Position numbers and translations under genes: made by a program
The notes under the pieces: generated by a model
What the model was told of the DNA's origin: nothing
Database searches by the model: none
What the model saw: only the letters and a program-made list of their open reading frames with translations
NCBI GenBank assembly: GCA_002299555.1
Contig: DBOL01000025.1
Coordinates: 817-64,816 of the forward strand
DNA: 64,000 bases
Source: Candidatus Aminicenantes bacterium UBA647
Lineage (GTDB): Bacteria; Acidobacteriota; Aminicenantia; UBA2199
Direction: 5' to 3'
Shown here: in pieces, positions 29,167 through 38,806 of the stretch
How positions within the stretch are numbered: the stretch's first letter is position 1
How the letters are laid out: each line of letters opens with the position of its first letter

Positions 29167-29658
29167 TTCACTCACTTTTTTCTTATCCTTTCTTTATTCA
29201 CAATCATATTTACGAAGACCATGAAACACTATTTTATCTCAATTGTATGAAATCTCAAAATCATAACCATGAAAAAAATATTTATTGATATCAACCCAAC
29301 AACTTATACTGTTGAGAATCTCACCGGGCACTTCAGACTCATAGATAATGTCGCATGAATCTTGCCATATTAGCGAAAATAGATTTAATTCCGTAAAATT
29401 GATTAGTTATTTTAAATATGTTAGTATATAAATTACAATTGATACAATGAGAGATGGAATGAGAAAGCTCATTTCATAAATATTCTGCATATTCTTCATT
29501 TCAATTTTCCTACGGGAAAGTCCTTTTAATTGAAAAAGAAGCTCTATACACTTAATATTCAATTATTAAAAAGGGATTTTAATTTATGCTTGGAGATGTC
29601 TGATTTTTTGGACAGGATATATTTCCATGCGCTGTGTAGACAAGAATTGAGATGGAAT

Positions 29659-29697
29659 GATACTTAACATTAAGTATCCGGCAAATATATATTTGCC
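29659..29697. promoter_or_regulatory. Two abutting perfect palindromes upstream of the DUF1611 gene
   Basis: GATACTTAA-CA-TTAAGTATC at 29659-29678 and GGCAAATATATATTTGCC at 29680-29697. Both were verified by reverse-complementing by hand. Confidence 0.3.
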
Positions 29698-29819
29698 CTA
29701 TATTCAGGTTCCCGATAATTCTTCTTTTTACATCACGTGAACTCCGATCAGCAAGTTATTAGACAGCTGTCTCAGCTATTAAATCGGGGATAGCTTCTAT
29801 ATTGTCAAGGAGAAGACAA

Positions 29820-30899
29820 ATGAGAGAAAAGGCGTTGATTTACAGTGAAGGTCAGTTGGGGAAATTGGACGGAAAAGTTGCGAATGGTCTTGTCAGACAT
29901 TCAGAAAAGTATAATATTGTTGGTGTCATTGACAGTAACAAAGCCGGAATTGATGCCGGTGAGTTCCTTGACGGGAAAAAGAATGGTATCCCGGTGTTTA
30001 GAAATATTGATGAATTAATAAGAGAATTAAACTATACACCCAAATATTTTATATATGGGATCGCACCATTGGAATCATTTCTTCCGGTTAAACAAAGAGA
30101 AGTTATTATTTCTGCAATGAAACTGGGAATGGATATTATAAACGGCCTACCTGAATTCTTTACCGAAGATGAGGAGTTTATTCAAAAAGCATTTGAATAT
30201 GGTGTTGAAATTAATGATATAAGAAAGCCGCCACCCAGGAAGGGGCTTCACAATTTCAAAGGGAGTATTTTTAATATTAAAACACCTGTAATAACTGTAT
30301 TCGGGACAGACTGTGCTGTCGGGAAAAGAACGTCTGCCGTTAATCTTGTAGAAGCGCTTACTAAAAAAGGCTTAAATGCAGTGTTTATTGCAACGGGTCA
30401 GACCGGATTAATTCAGGGTGCCAAATATGGAATCGCTGTGGATGTTCTGAGCTCAGGATTTCAAAATGGTGAGGTTGAAAATGAGATCATGAAAGCCGAT
30501 GCAGCAGAAAACCCCGACATCATTGTTGTAGAAGGCCAGGGAGCACTCAGTCATCCGGCATTTACATCATCTACAGCTATCATGAGAGGTGCGAGACCTC
30601 AGGCGATCATACTCCAGCATCCTCCGAAGAGAAAGGACCGGTGCGATTTCCCCGGAATCCCCATGCCGACACTTCAGAGCGAAATTGACCTGATTGAAAT
30701 AATTTCAGGATCCAAAGTCATTGCGATCACCTTAAATCATGAAGATATGACAGATAAAGAAATAGATGAGACTGTTAAAGATTATGAAGAAAAATATGAA
30801 TTACCGACGATGGATGTTTTGAAACATGGATGTGGGAAAATTGTCGACAGGTTGTTGCAGATGTTCCCGTCCCTATTGATCGGGAAGCAGATCGCCTGA
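29820..30899 (+). CDS. DUF1611-domain protein (DgcN-like family)
   Basis: GTDCAVGKRT P-loop-like block, and EGQGAL.HPA, as I remember them for DUF1611. AGGAG lies before ATG 29820; the ORF track starts at TTG 29802. Confidence 0.7.
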   Translation: MREKALIYSEGQLGKLDGKVANGLVRHSEKYNIVGVIDSNKAGIDAGEFLDGKKNGIPVFRNIDELIRELNYTPKYFIYGIAPLESFLPVKQREVIISAMKLGMDIINGLPEFFTEDEEFIQKAFEYGVEINDIRKPPPRKGLHNFKGSIFNIKTPVITVFGTDCAVGKRTSAVNLVEALTKKGLNAVFIATGQTGLIQGAKYGIAVDVLSSGFQNGEVENEIMKADAAENPDIIVVEGQGALSHPAFTSSTAIMRGARPQAIILQHPPKRKDRCDFPGIPMPTLQSEIDLIEIISGSKVIAITLNHEDMTDKEIDETVKDYEEKYELPTMDVLKHGCGKIVDRLLQMFPSLLIGKQIA

Positions 30900-31996
30900 T
30901 GGAAACTCCAAGGATTGAAATCGATCTGGGAAAAATATCCTATAATGCCAATAAACTTAAAGGATTATATGGGTCCAGGGGGATTTCCATTATGGGGGTT
31001 ACAAAAGTTGTTTGTGGAGATCCGAAAGTCGCTGAAACTCTGGTGAGATCAGGCCTGAATATACTTGCTGATTCCCGTTTATCAAACATAAAAAGAATGC
31101 AGGACGCAGGAATAAGAGCCCGGTTTGTTTTGTTGCGATCACCAGCACTCAGCCAGGTTGAATCCGTTGTAAAACATGTTGATATCAGTCTGAATTCAGA
31201 ATTGGTAGTCATTGAAGAACTATCTAAATATGCGCTTCAGAATAATATCCGGCATAAAATAATCCTCATGGTGGAATTGGGCGATCTGAGAGAGGGCATA
31301 ATACCGGAAGTACTTTTGGATACCGTAAAGAAAGTGAAAAAAATGAAAGGGATAGTCATTGCCGGGATAGGGACCAATCTCACCTGCTACGGAGGAGTTG
31401 CTCCCGATAGTGAGAAAATGAGGACCCTGTCTGCATTGGCCCGGGACATCGAAGATATATTTAATTTAGAATTAGAATTTATTTCCGGCGGAAATTCTGC
31501 GAATTATTTGTGGTTTGTTTCATCTGAAAATTTGGAAAGAATAAACAATTTGAGAATCGGGGAATCAATTTTTTTAGGATGTGAGACTGTGGAGGGTAAA
31601 CCGATCCCCTTATTATTTACAGATGCATTCATACTTGTGGCAGAAGTCATTGAAGTGAAGGACAAGCCTTTAAAATCCTATGGAACGATCAATCAGGATG
31701 CATTTGGGAACACTCCCGAATTCGCTGATACGAAAACTATGCGAAGAGCTATTCTTAATATTGGATTGCAGGATGTCATTCTATCTGATCTGAAACCTTC
31801 TATAAATATTGGTGCCCTGGGTGGCAGCAGTGATCATATGATCGTGGAGGATTTTGACCAGGTGTTGAAAGTGGGAGATGAAGTCATGTTTACTTTGAAT
31901 TATGAAGCACTTCTGAGGGTAATGACCTCATCTTCTGTAATAAAAAATTATAATCAAGTGAAAGAGAAGCAATATATCCAAAGTTTTTACCACTAG
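30899..31996 (+). CDS. Alanine/ornithine racemase-family PLP-dependent enzyme
   Basis: N-terminal TIM-barrel with a GVTKV PLP-lysine context. It has the size and architecture of YhfX/Orr-type racemases. Its ATG overlaps the upstream stop by 1 nt (TGATG). Confidence 0.7.
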   Translation: METPRIEIDLGKISYNANKLKGLYGSRGISIMGVTKVVCGDPKVAETLVRSGLNILADSRLSNIKRMQDAGIRARFVLLRSPALSQVESVVKHVDISLNSELVVIEELSKYALQNNIRHKIILMVELGDLREGIIPEVLLDTVKKVKKMKGIVIAGIGTNLTCYGGVAPDSEKMRTLSALARDIEDIFNLELEFISGGNSANYLWFVSSENLERINNLRIGESIFLGCETVEGKPIPLLFTDAFILVAEVIEVKDKPLKSYGTINQDAFGNTPEFADTKTMRRAILNIGLQDVILSDLKPSINIGALGGSSDHMIVEDFDQVLKVGDEVMFTLNYEALLRVMTSSSVIKNYNQVKEKQYIQSFYH

Positions 31997-32127
31997 ACTC
32001 TAAATCTGTGAATAGAGAAATTTAGATATATTAATCAAAAACAGAAAAAAAATATTTAAGAAGAATCTTATATATAATATTGAAAAAACCGCTTTGGGTA
32101 AACAATATATTCTTAAAGGAGTAAAAA

Positions 32128-33825
32128 ATGAAAATCACCAGAATTGTATTAACATTATTAATAGTACTGAGTATAATTCAATGTACGAGCGAAGAACAGA
32201 ACCCGGTTCCGCAGATACTGTCGGTATCACCAGCCTCTATAGTCGCTCACCTTCCTGAATTCACCATGACAGTAAACGGTCAGGATTTTGTGGAAGGATC
32301 AGCAATAATTTTTGACGGAAAGGAAAAGCCGTCCACATTCATAAGCACAACTCAACTTTCATGCATCATCAGTCCTGAAGACACAATGATGGAGATTACA
32401 AGCAACAACACAAATGCTGATGAAATTAAGAACATGGAAAAACAAGTTTCTATAACCGTAAGAAATCCTGCCCCGGGTGGTGGAGACTCTTCACCGGTCA
32501 ACTTTACACTAAAGGAAAACTTTGACTTCGAATCCCCCCGCAGATTGTTCGACTCGATAGCCAACGGGTGGGCCGGTCCCCTTATCATAGACAAAGATGA
32601 TGATATGTATGTAAATATTTCAGATGTCGAGATTAATAAATATAATTTAAATGTTAAAAATTATTTATCAACTTCTGATGATGGAGGGGACACCTGGAGT
32701 ACAATTGAAAATATTGTTAATAAATCAGATTCAAATATAGAACATTTATTGGTTGATGATTATGGAAATGTCCACTTCTTTTATACAGATTATAGGTCAA
32801 ATATTTCCGCTATATTTTATAAACGGAAAAATAAAGGAGATGACACCTGGAGTGAACCGGTCAATATAGTTGGAGTAGACAAAAGTATGTATCGTACTTA
32901 CCTGGAAGAGGGAGTAGCAATCAGGGGAGACAAAATGTTTATTTTCTGGGCAGTTACCACATGGACTTATGACTATTATATTGCATTTTCATTTTCAGAG
33001 GACAACGGAAAATCATGGTCGTCACCACAAAAATTAAAGGACCTTGGGTATATAGGTTGGATACAGGCTCTTTTAACTGAAAACGGGACACTTCACATCG
33101 TGTATGGGAATGCAATCAGAAAAGCGTCCTGGGAATTCTATGTCGATATCCACACAACAAGATCATCTGATAACGGGAAGACCTGGTCAGACCAGGTAAT
33201 GCTCTCCAACGGAGCGGGACGTTCATACTACCCTCAGATAGCATACGGAGGATCGGGGGGAAATTTTAATATTTTCTGGATACTTAAGAAAACCGGGCAG
33301 ATCACCCAGGATATAGTGACTAATTTTAATAGAAAAAAAGGAGAGATAATAAAAAAAATGTCAGAAGGATTCTCTCCGGACACAGATCGACCGGTCCAAT
33401 CGAATATGGCAATTCCCCCTTCCTACCATTTAAAAATAAGGGATACTGAAGATGACGGAAATAATTGGGGAATAGAGAGGAACATCGTTGATTTCGTTAC
33501 CACAGATGATTATTTCAACATGCATTTTTTCGTTAAAACCGATATCGCAGGAAATATGAACCTGGTTGTTAATGAAGAAGGAAGTTTCTATGGAGTAGCA
33601 TCCGGAAGCAATAGCAGTTCCGAAAGTATTGCAGCATACTTTACCAGATCTCTCGATGGCGGGCTCAACTGGACCACACCTGTTTATTTCTCGGATGACC
33701 CTGAGATGATTGCCGAATACCTGAATGTAGACTCAAAGGGGAATGTCTACATTTTACTTAATAAATATGATTTTTCTGAATATTTTAAGGTTGAGCCATA
33801 CTTTAGCAGAAGTATCAGGGATTGA
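32128..33825 (+). CDS. Lipoprotein with IPT/TIG-like domain and BNR (Asp-box) sialidase-like beta-propeller
   Basis: Signal peptide plus Cys (IIQC). Four Asp-boxes: STSDDGGDTWS, SEDNGKSWS, SSDNGKTWS and SLDGGLNWT. Confidence 0.7.
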   Translation: MKITRIVLTLLIVLSIIQCTSEEQNPVPQILSVSPASIVAHLPEFTMTVNGQDFVEGSAIIFDGKEKPSTFISTTQLSCIISPEDTMMEITSNNTNADEIKNMEKQVSITVRNPAPGGGDSSPVNFTLKENFDFESPRRLFDSIANGWAGPLIIDKDDDMYVNISDVEINKYNLNVKNYLSTSDDGGDTWSTIENIVNKSDSNIEHLLVDDYGNVHFFYTDYRSNISAIFYKRKNKGDDTWSEPVNIVGVDKSMYRTYLEEGVAIRGDKMFIFWAVTTWTYDYYIAFSFSEDNGKSWSSPQKLKDLGYIGWIQALLTENGTLHIVYGNAIRKASWEFYVDIHTTRSSDNGKTWSDQVMLSNGAGRSYYPQIAYGGSGGNFNIFWILKKTGQITQDIVTNFNRKKGEIIKKMSEGFSPDTDRPVQSNMAIPPSYHLKIRDTEDDGNNWGIERNIVDFVTTDDYFNMHFFVKTDIAGNMNLVVNEEGSFYGVASGSNSSSESIAAYFTRSLDGGLNWTTPVYFSDDPEMIAEYLNVDSKGNVYILLNKYDFSEYFKVEPYFSRSIRD

Positions 33826-33871
33826 TAACAGAATTGAATATGACACATTTGATAAATCATAGGGGGACTTA

Positions 33872-34180
33872 ATGAAAAAAATTATTCTGTATTCAATAGT
33901 ATTAATACTGGTATTGTCTTTAACAGCATGTGTGGCAGGGCCGAACCCAATGAAAGACAAAGCAGATGAAGATGGGAAAATTGCAGGATTCTGGAGAGGT
34001 ATGTGGCACGGTTTCATTGCCCCTGTCACCTTCATCATTTCCATCTTTAGTAGTAAGGTTACATTTTATGAAGTTCACAACAACGGTGCCTGGTACAATT
34101 TCGGGTTCGTCCTCGCAGCCGGTCTTTTCTTAAGCGGCGGAATTCTGGGACGAAAGAAAGATAAAAAAAAGAAGTGTTGA
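33872..34180 (+). CDS. Small membrane lipoprotein, hypothetical
   Basis: Lipobox LTAC, two further hydrophobic helices and a Lys-rich tail. GGGGGA lies upstream. Confidence 0.45.
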   Translation: MKKIILYSIVLILVLSLTACVAGPNPMKDKADEDGKIAGFWRGMWHGFIAPVTFIISIFSSKVTFYEVHNNGAWYNFGFVLAAGLFLSGGILGRKKDKKKKC

Positions 34181-34224
34181 AAATAAAAATATAAATTGTT
34201 TCTTATTGATTTGAGTGGAAAAAG

Positions 34225-34297
34225 TACACCCGGAGAGACTCGAACTCCCAGCCTACTGATTAGAAGTCAGTTGCTCTATCCATTGAGCTACGGGTGC
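34225..34297 (-). tRNA. tRNA-Arg (anticodon TCT)
   Basis: The reverse complement GCACCCGTAGCTCAATGGATAGAGCAACTGACTTCTAATCAGTAGGCTGGGAGTTCGAGTCTCTCCGGGTGTA folds as a cloverleaf with anticodon loop CTTCTAA. Confidence 0.9.
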
Positions 34298-34312
34298 ATT
34301 GTGAATTAAAAA

Positions 34313-34386
34313 TCGGGGCGGCAGGGTTCGAACCTGCGACCCTCGGTTCCCAAAACCGATACTCTACCAGACTGAGCCACGCCCCG
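34313..34386 (-). tRNA. tRNA-Pro (anticodon TGG)
   Basis: The reverse complement CGGGGCGTGGCTCAGTCTGGTAGAGTATCGGTTTTGGGAACCGAGGGTCGCAGGTTCGAACCCTGCCGCCCCGA has anticodon stem-loop TCGGT-TTTGGGA-ACCGA. Confidence 0.9.
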
Positions 34387-34394
34387 AAATGTTT

Positions 34395-34598
34395 TTACAG
34401 GTCAGTTATCTCTCTACGCATTCTTTTGCGCATTCTTTTCTGTGCCTGGGCTATCTTCAGTCTTTTCCGTTCACCCGGTTTTAGGTAAACTGCATGTTTT
34501 TTGATCTCTTTGATTATTGCTTCAGTCTGTACTTTTCTCTTGAATCTTCTGAAAGCGCCATCAAACGATTCACCCGGTCTTACTTCAACACTAGCCAA
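34395..34598 (-). CDS. rpsU: 30S ribosomal protein S21
   Basis: The sequence ..VEVRPGESFDGAFRRFKRKVQTEAIIKEIKKHAVYLKPGERKR.K is a classical S21 sequence. The start is TTG. Confidence 0.9.
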   Translation of the reverse strand: MASVEVRPGESFDGAFRRFKRKVQTEAIIKEIKKHAVYLKPGERKRLKIAQAQKRMRKRMRREITDL

Positions 34599-34748
34599 GA
34601 TTAATCACCACCTTTTTTTTAAGAATGGGATATTTATACTCTATTTCCTATACCCTGTCAAGAATTATGGCCCCCTCGTTTCATGGGACGCTGACTTCTT
34701 TATCCCTGTTCACCTGTATATAAAATAACTCAGGCAAAGGGTGGGGGG

Positions 34749-37490
34749 TTATTTGATCTTCCACCCTTTTTTATTAAATATATCTTCTATCTTTTTGCTC
34801 TTATATTTTTTTACAAAATCATCCCACTTCCCGGAAATATTCCTGAAGTAATTTTCTGCTTCCTCCTTTTCAAAGAAGTGTTTCAAAAAAACTTTTTCCC
34901 CCTCAAACTCCGGCACAGAATAGAAAAGGAATTTTTCCTTCTCTTTACCTTTTCCTCCTGTAAATTCTACCGGGAAAGGAACATCCTCAATCAACTCCAT
35001 CTCCCCCGGCTTCCTTTCTGTTTTCCATTTCTCCATAAATAATTTTTCTTTTTTCCACCGGTTGAATGAATAGACCGCATAATCCCAGTCCTCAAATTTC
35101 CTTTTTCCGAGGACAACACCACACGGTTCTCCTGTCGGTAGGAGCAGGGCTTCCCTTTCAATATTTTCAAACCCGGCAAAACTGAAATTGAGGAATGGTT
35201 TTCCCCTGAAATATTCCACTTTATGCATTTTCTCTTCTATTTCAACCTCTTCCGGCCAGTTCATCTTTTTTAAATTCGAAATAATCAGAGGAGGAAGGAT
35301 CTCCCCGAGGGTAACTGTTGAGAATTCAGTATGGAAATTAAAAAATATATCCAGATCGGGATTGTTAAGATCATTTTGTATTTTATTAATAAGATATTGT
35401 TCCCAATAAAATTTAAACGGCCTGAAATTATATTTTACCAGCCTCTTAACTTCATTATATTTTTTTTCCAACAATACACTTCTTTCTGATAACTTATACT
35501 TCCTCCCGTTATCTTCCCACCATATCAATACTTCCGGGGCAACACTTTTTCTGACATCCGGATCCTTCAGGTCAGGAACTGTGCTGAATTGAGATAAACA
35601 CTTTCCACCGAACCAGATCGAATTATAAAGTGAGATAATATTTTTTTCCGATCTGACCTCCGTTTCCTTCTTATAACTAAAGGGCTTAAGTTCATCCAAT
35701 ATTTTAAAAGATATTTCTGATGAAAAAGTTATTAATGCTATTGTATATTTCTCCCTCTCTCCACTGAACCGGTTCTCCCTCTCAATGGTAAGATCAAAAG
35801 GATATCCGGCAACCATTTCCGGGAGGGTTTCGAACATGACCGATTTTCTGTCAAGCTGCCTCTCTTCTTCACCCTCAAAATAGCTCTTCCCTGTTTTTGT
35901 ATATACATGATCAATAAATGAAGAAAGAATACTCCTGTAAAGATCTTTATAATTAACATCACTTTTATTCGTCTGTTTCCATGAATCAATGAACAACCGC
36001 TTCTTAAGCTCTTTGTAAATATCTTTTGCGAGAGAAAGACTTTTAAAATTTATGATCTTTTTATATTTTGATGAAGAATTCCAGAGATGAAGCTGATTGA
36101 TAAGGTCTGACAACCATAAGTCGGAATATGTTTTCTCTCCTGCAAAATCTTTACTGACTATCCCTTTGGACTCCAGTATGGCTATCAATTTCAGGCCCAT
36201 ATCCATTGTTCCGGGAGTACTTTTCTGAACCTCGATCAGGAATCTTGCTCCTCTGGTAGAGACAGGAAGTTCAGCCATCTTTTTCCCGTCCTCTGTTATT
36301 TCCCCTTCATCTGAAACGGCTCCGAAGATCTTCAGATTATCGATAGCCTTATAAATCAGGGTTTTTTTTGGAGAGTGAAAATATGGAAAGTCAAGTGGAG
36401 AGATCCCCCATTTTAGCAACCTTAAAACTACAGATTCCAGATTTAATCTTCTGATCTCAGGCTCGGGGAATTCTTCTCTCTCCTCTATCGGGATATCTGA
36501 GCAAAGAATATATGTCCCATCTTTAACCCTTCCGGCCCGTCCTGCTCTCTGCAGACAATCAGACCTTGATATTTCAACCGGGTGTAACCCCTCAATACCT
36601 TTTATGTTATGGATCTCTTTTTTTACGCCATCATCAATTACACCATCAATATCATCGATCGTAAGGCTGGTCTGTGCAATATCGGTCGCCACAACCACTT
36701 TCGGGTCCTTGTAATGTGCAAATACCTTTGACTGTTCATTTATGGTCAGTCCGGAATGAAGAGGGAGAATAACAACTCTCATCTCATCTTCATCCAGAGT
36801 TCTTTTTAAAAGATCGATGAACTCACTGATCTCCCCTTTGCCAGGAAGGAAAACGAGGACATTCTTCCCCGCTTCAACCATCTGTATTGTATCTGAAAGC
36901 AAAAAGTGGGAACTATTATTGTGAATAGTTACCGGGAATCCCCTCCCCGGAACAGAAATAACAGGGGCATTATTAAAATATTTTGAAAGCTTTGCAGCCT
37001 GAAGCGTAGCACTCATTATTACAACTCTTTTGTTACGCTTTTTATAGAAACCGTTAACAAGTCTTTTTTTTACTATTCCGATAAGAACTTCCTGATTAAG
37101 ATTCCATTCATGGATCTCATCAAGCAGCAGCACATCATAATCAAGTTTTCCCCTGATCTCATTGATCATCTGAACACCATCGGTAAGATAGAGTAAAGTA
37201 GTTTTTTTTGTCTTTTTCTTTTCGAAACCTGTCTGAAAACCAATCTCATCTCCCCACTTTGTCCCTGTATATCCTGAAAGAAAGTACGAAAGCGATCTGG
37301 CTGCTATCCTTCTCGGCTGGGTAATGTTTACCTTCCTGCCACTTTCATGGAGCCAGAGTGGAACTCTTGTGGATTTACCTGCACCGGTCTCAGCAGTCAG
37401 GATAGTTATTATATTTGTTTTGATACTATCTTCGATCTCAGATCGATAATTATCGATCGGCAGGAGAGAGGTCTCTTCACTCATCACCAT
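34749..37490 (-). CDS. DEAH-box ATP-dependent RNA helicase (HrpA/HrpB family) with a divergent ~450 aa C-terminal region
   Basis: Helicase motifs TAETGAGKST (I), DEIHE (II), SATL (III), TDIAQTSLTIDGV and QRAGRAGR (VI). I do not recognise the C-terminal half. Confidence 0.8.
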   Translation of the reverse strand: MVMSEETSLLPIDNYRSEIEDSIKTNIITILTAETGAGKSTRVPLWLHESGRKVNITQPRRIAARSLSYFLSGYTGTKWGDEIGFQTGFEKKKTKKTTLLYLTDGVQMINEIRGKLDYDVLLLDEIHEWNLNQEVLIGIVKKRLVNGFYKKRNKRVVIMSATLQAAKLSKYFNNAPVISVPGRGFPVTIHNNSSHFLLSDTIQMVEAGKNVLVFLPGKGEISEFIDLLKRTLDEDEMRVVILPLHSGLTINEQSKVFAHYKDPKVVVATDIAQTSLTIDDIDGVIDDGVKKEIHNIKGIEGLHPVEISRSDCLQRAGRAGRVKDGTYILCSDIPIEEREEFPEPEIRRLNLESVVLRLLKWGISPLDFPYFHSPKKTLIYKAIDNLKIFGAVSDEGEITEDGKKMAELPVSTRGARFLIEVQKSTPGTMDMGLKLIAILESKGIVSKDFAGEKTYSDLWLSDLINQLHLWNSSSKYKKIINFKSLSLAKDIYKELKKRLFIDSWKQTNKSDVNYKDLYRSILSSFIDHVYTKTGKSYFEGEEERQLDRKSVMFETLPEMVAGYPFDLTIERENRFSGEREKYTIALITFSSEISFKILDELKPFSYKKETEVRSEKNIISLYNSIWFGGKCLSQFSTVPDLKDPDVRKSVAPEVLIWWEDNGRKYKLSERSVLLEKKYNEVKRLVKYNFRPFKFYWEQYLINKIQNDLNNPDLDIFFNFHTEFSTVTLGEILPPLIISNLKKMNWPEEVEIEEKMHKVEYFRGKPFLNFSFAGFENIEREALLLPTGEPCGVVLGKRKFEDWDYAVYSFNRWKKEKLFMEKWKTERKPGEMELIEDVPFPVEFTGGKGKEKEKFLFYSVPEFEGEKVFLKHFFEKEEAENYFRNISGKWDDFVKKYKSKKIEDIFNKKGWKIK

Positions 37491-38805
37491 CTTTCCCCTT
37501 CAACTCTTCTTTAATTTTTTTCCAGTATTCGAGTCTCTCCCTGATCTTCTTTTCAAATCCCATCATGTTAGGTTCGAAAAATCCTGATTCATCCACACCT
37601 TCGGGCATTGTATTCATGGCAGTTGTTCTCTTGGGGTGATCATGCGCATATTCGTACCCCTTCCCCGCCCCTTTCCTTTTATTGAGAAAATTTGACGGAT
37701 TTATTATATGGAAAGGCACTTTCGCATCTCCATACTTATCAATGAGCTTTTTCATCTTCTTTTCTGTCTTATATATAGAATTACTCTTTGGAGCTGATGA
37801 AAGATATATAATTCCCTGAGCAAGAAAAAGATCTCCCTCCGGTGATCCCAAAGATTCGTATGCCTCTTTTATGTTCAGGCACAAAGGTAATGCTTCAAGA
37901 TCAGCAAAGCCTATATCCTCAACTGATATTCTTATCATTCTCCTTATTATGAACAGAGGGTCCTCTCCACCCTCCATCATCCTGTAAAGCCAGAAAAGGG
38001 AAGCATCCGTGTCTGAATTCCGGACAGCTTTATGAAGAGCTGAAATATAAGCATATCTGTCATCGCCTGTCCTGTCATAAGATCCTATCTTCTTCTGAAC
38101 AATATCCTGAACAAGCTGCCTGTCAGGTTCCTTCCCGTCTGATGCTGAATTAACGACCAATTCCAGAATGTTCAGCAGCCTCCTGCCGTCACCATTGCTA
38201 TGATCAATGATCAGATCTCTTACATCGCTACCGACCTTGATTTTTATATCAGTTTTGTCACCGATGAACTTAATCCCTCTTTCAAAAATACTAACCAGGT
38301 TCTCCCGGGATAAGGGTGAAAATTCCAAGATCCTCAATCTTGACAGGAGAGCCCGATTCATCTTGTAAGCAGGATTTTCAGTTGTGGTCCCCATGAGGAT
38401 CACATCTCCACTCTCTGCATAAGGGAGGAATGCGTCCTGGATATGCCTGTTAAAATGGTGAATCTCATCAACAAAAAGGACAAGTGGTTTCCCACCTACC
38501 TTCTTCATATCCGCCGCCTTTTTCATCAGTTCCCTGATCTCACCGATCTTTGACACTGTGGCGGAAAATTCAGATGAAGGGAGATCCAGTTGTTTAACCA
38601 ATATTCTGGATAATGTTGTTTTCCCGGTCCCGGGAGGCCCCCAGAATATCACAGAGCTGAGATATCCCCTGTCAATAAACGATCTTACGATCTTACCTTG
38701 TCCTGTCAGGTGTTCCTGACCGATAAATTCAGATATATTTTCAGGTCTGAGTTTGTCAGCCAGGGGAAATATATCTGCTCTTTCTTTTTTCTTACTCATG
38801 TTCAA
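37477..38805 (-). CDS. rarA: Replication-associated recombination protein A (AAA+ ATPase)
   Basis: GPPGTGKTT Walker A, VDEIHHFN Walker B, and the MgsA C-terminal block YDR.GD..Y..ISA.HK..R.SD.DA.L.W. Size is 442 aa. Confidence 0.9.
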   Translation of the reverse strand: MNMSKKKERADIFPLADKLRPENISEFIGQEHLTGQGKIVRSFIDRGYLSSVIFWGPPGTGKTTLSRILVKQLDLPSSEFSATVSKIGEIRELMKKAADMKKVGGKPLVLFVDEIHHFNRHIQDAFLPYAESGDVILMGTTTENPAYKMNRALLSRLRILEFSPLSRENLVSIFERGIKFIGDKTDIKIKVGSDVRDLIIDHSNGDGRRLLNILELVVNSASDGKEPDRQLVQDIVQKKIGSYDRTGDDRYAYISALHKAVRNSDTDASLFWLYRMMEGGEDPLFIIRRMIRISVEDIGFADLEALPLCLNIKEAYESLGSPEGDLFLAQGIIYLSSAPKSNSIYKTEKKMKKLIDKYGDAKVPFHIINPSNFLNKRKGAGKGYEYAHDHPKRTTAMNTMPEGVDESGFFEPNMMGFEKKIRERLEYWKKIKEELKGKDGDE

Positions 38806-38806
38806 A

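Noticed and set aside
29269-29358. 29 aa plus-strand micro-ORF MKKIFIDINPTTYTVENLTGHFRLIDNVA in the non-coding gap
   Set aside because: It has no Shine-Dalgarno sequence and no recognisable feature, so it is not reported as a gene.
34294-34488. 64 aa plus-strand ORF
   Set aside because: It overlaps tRNA-Arg, tRNA-Pro and the antisense strand of rpsU. It is an artefact.
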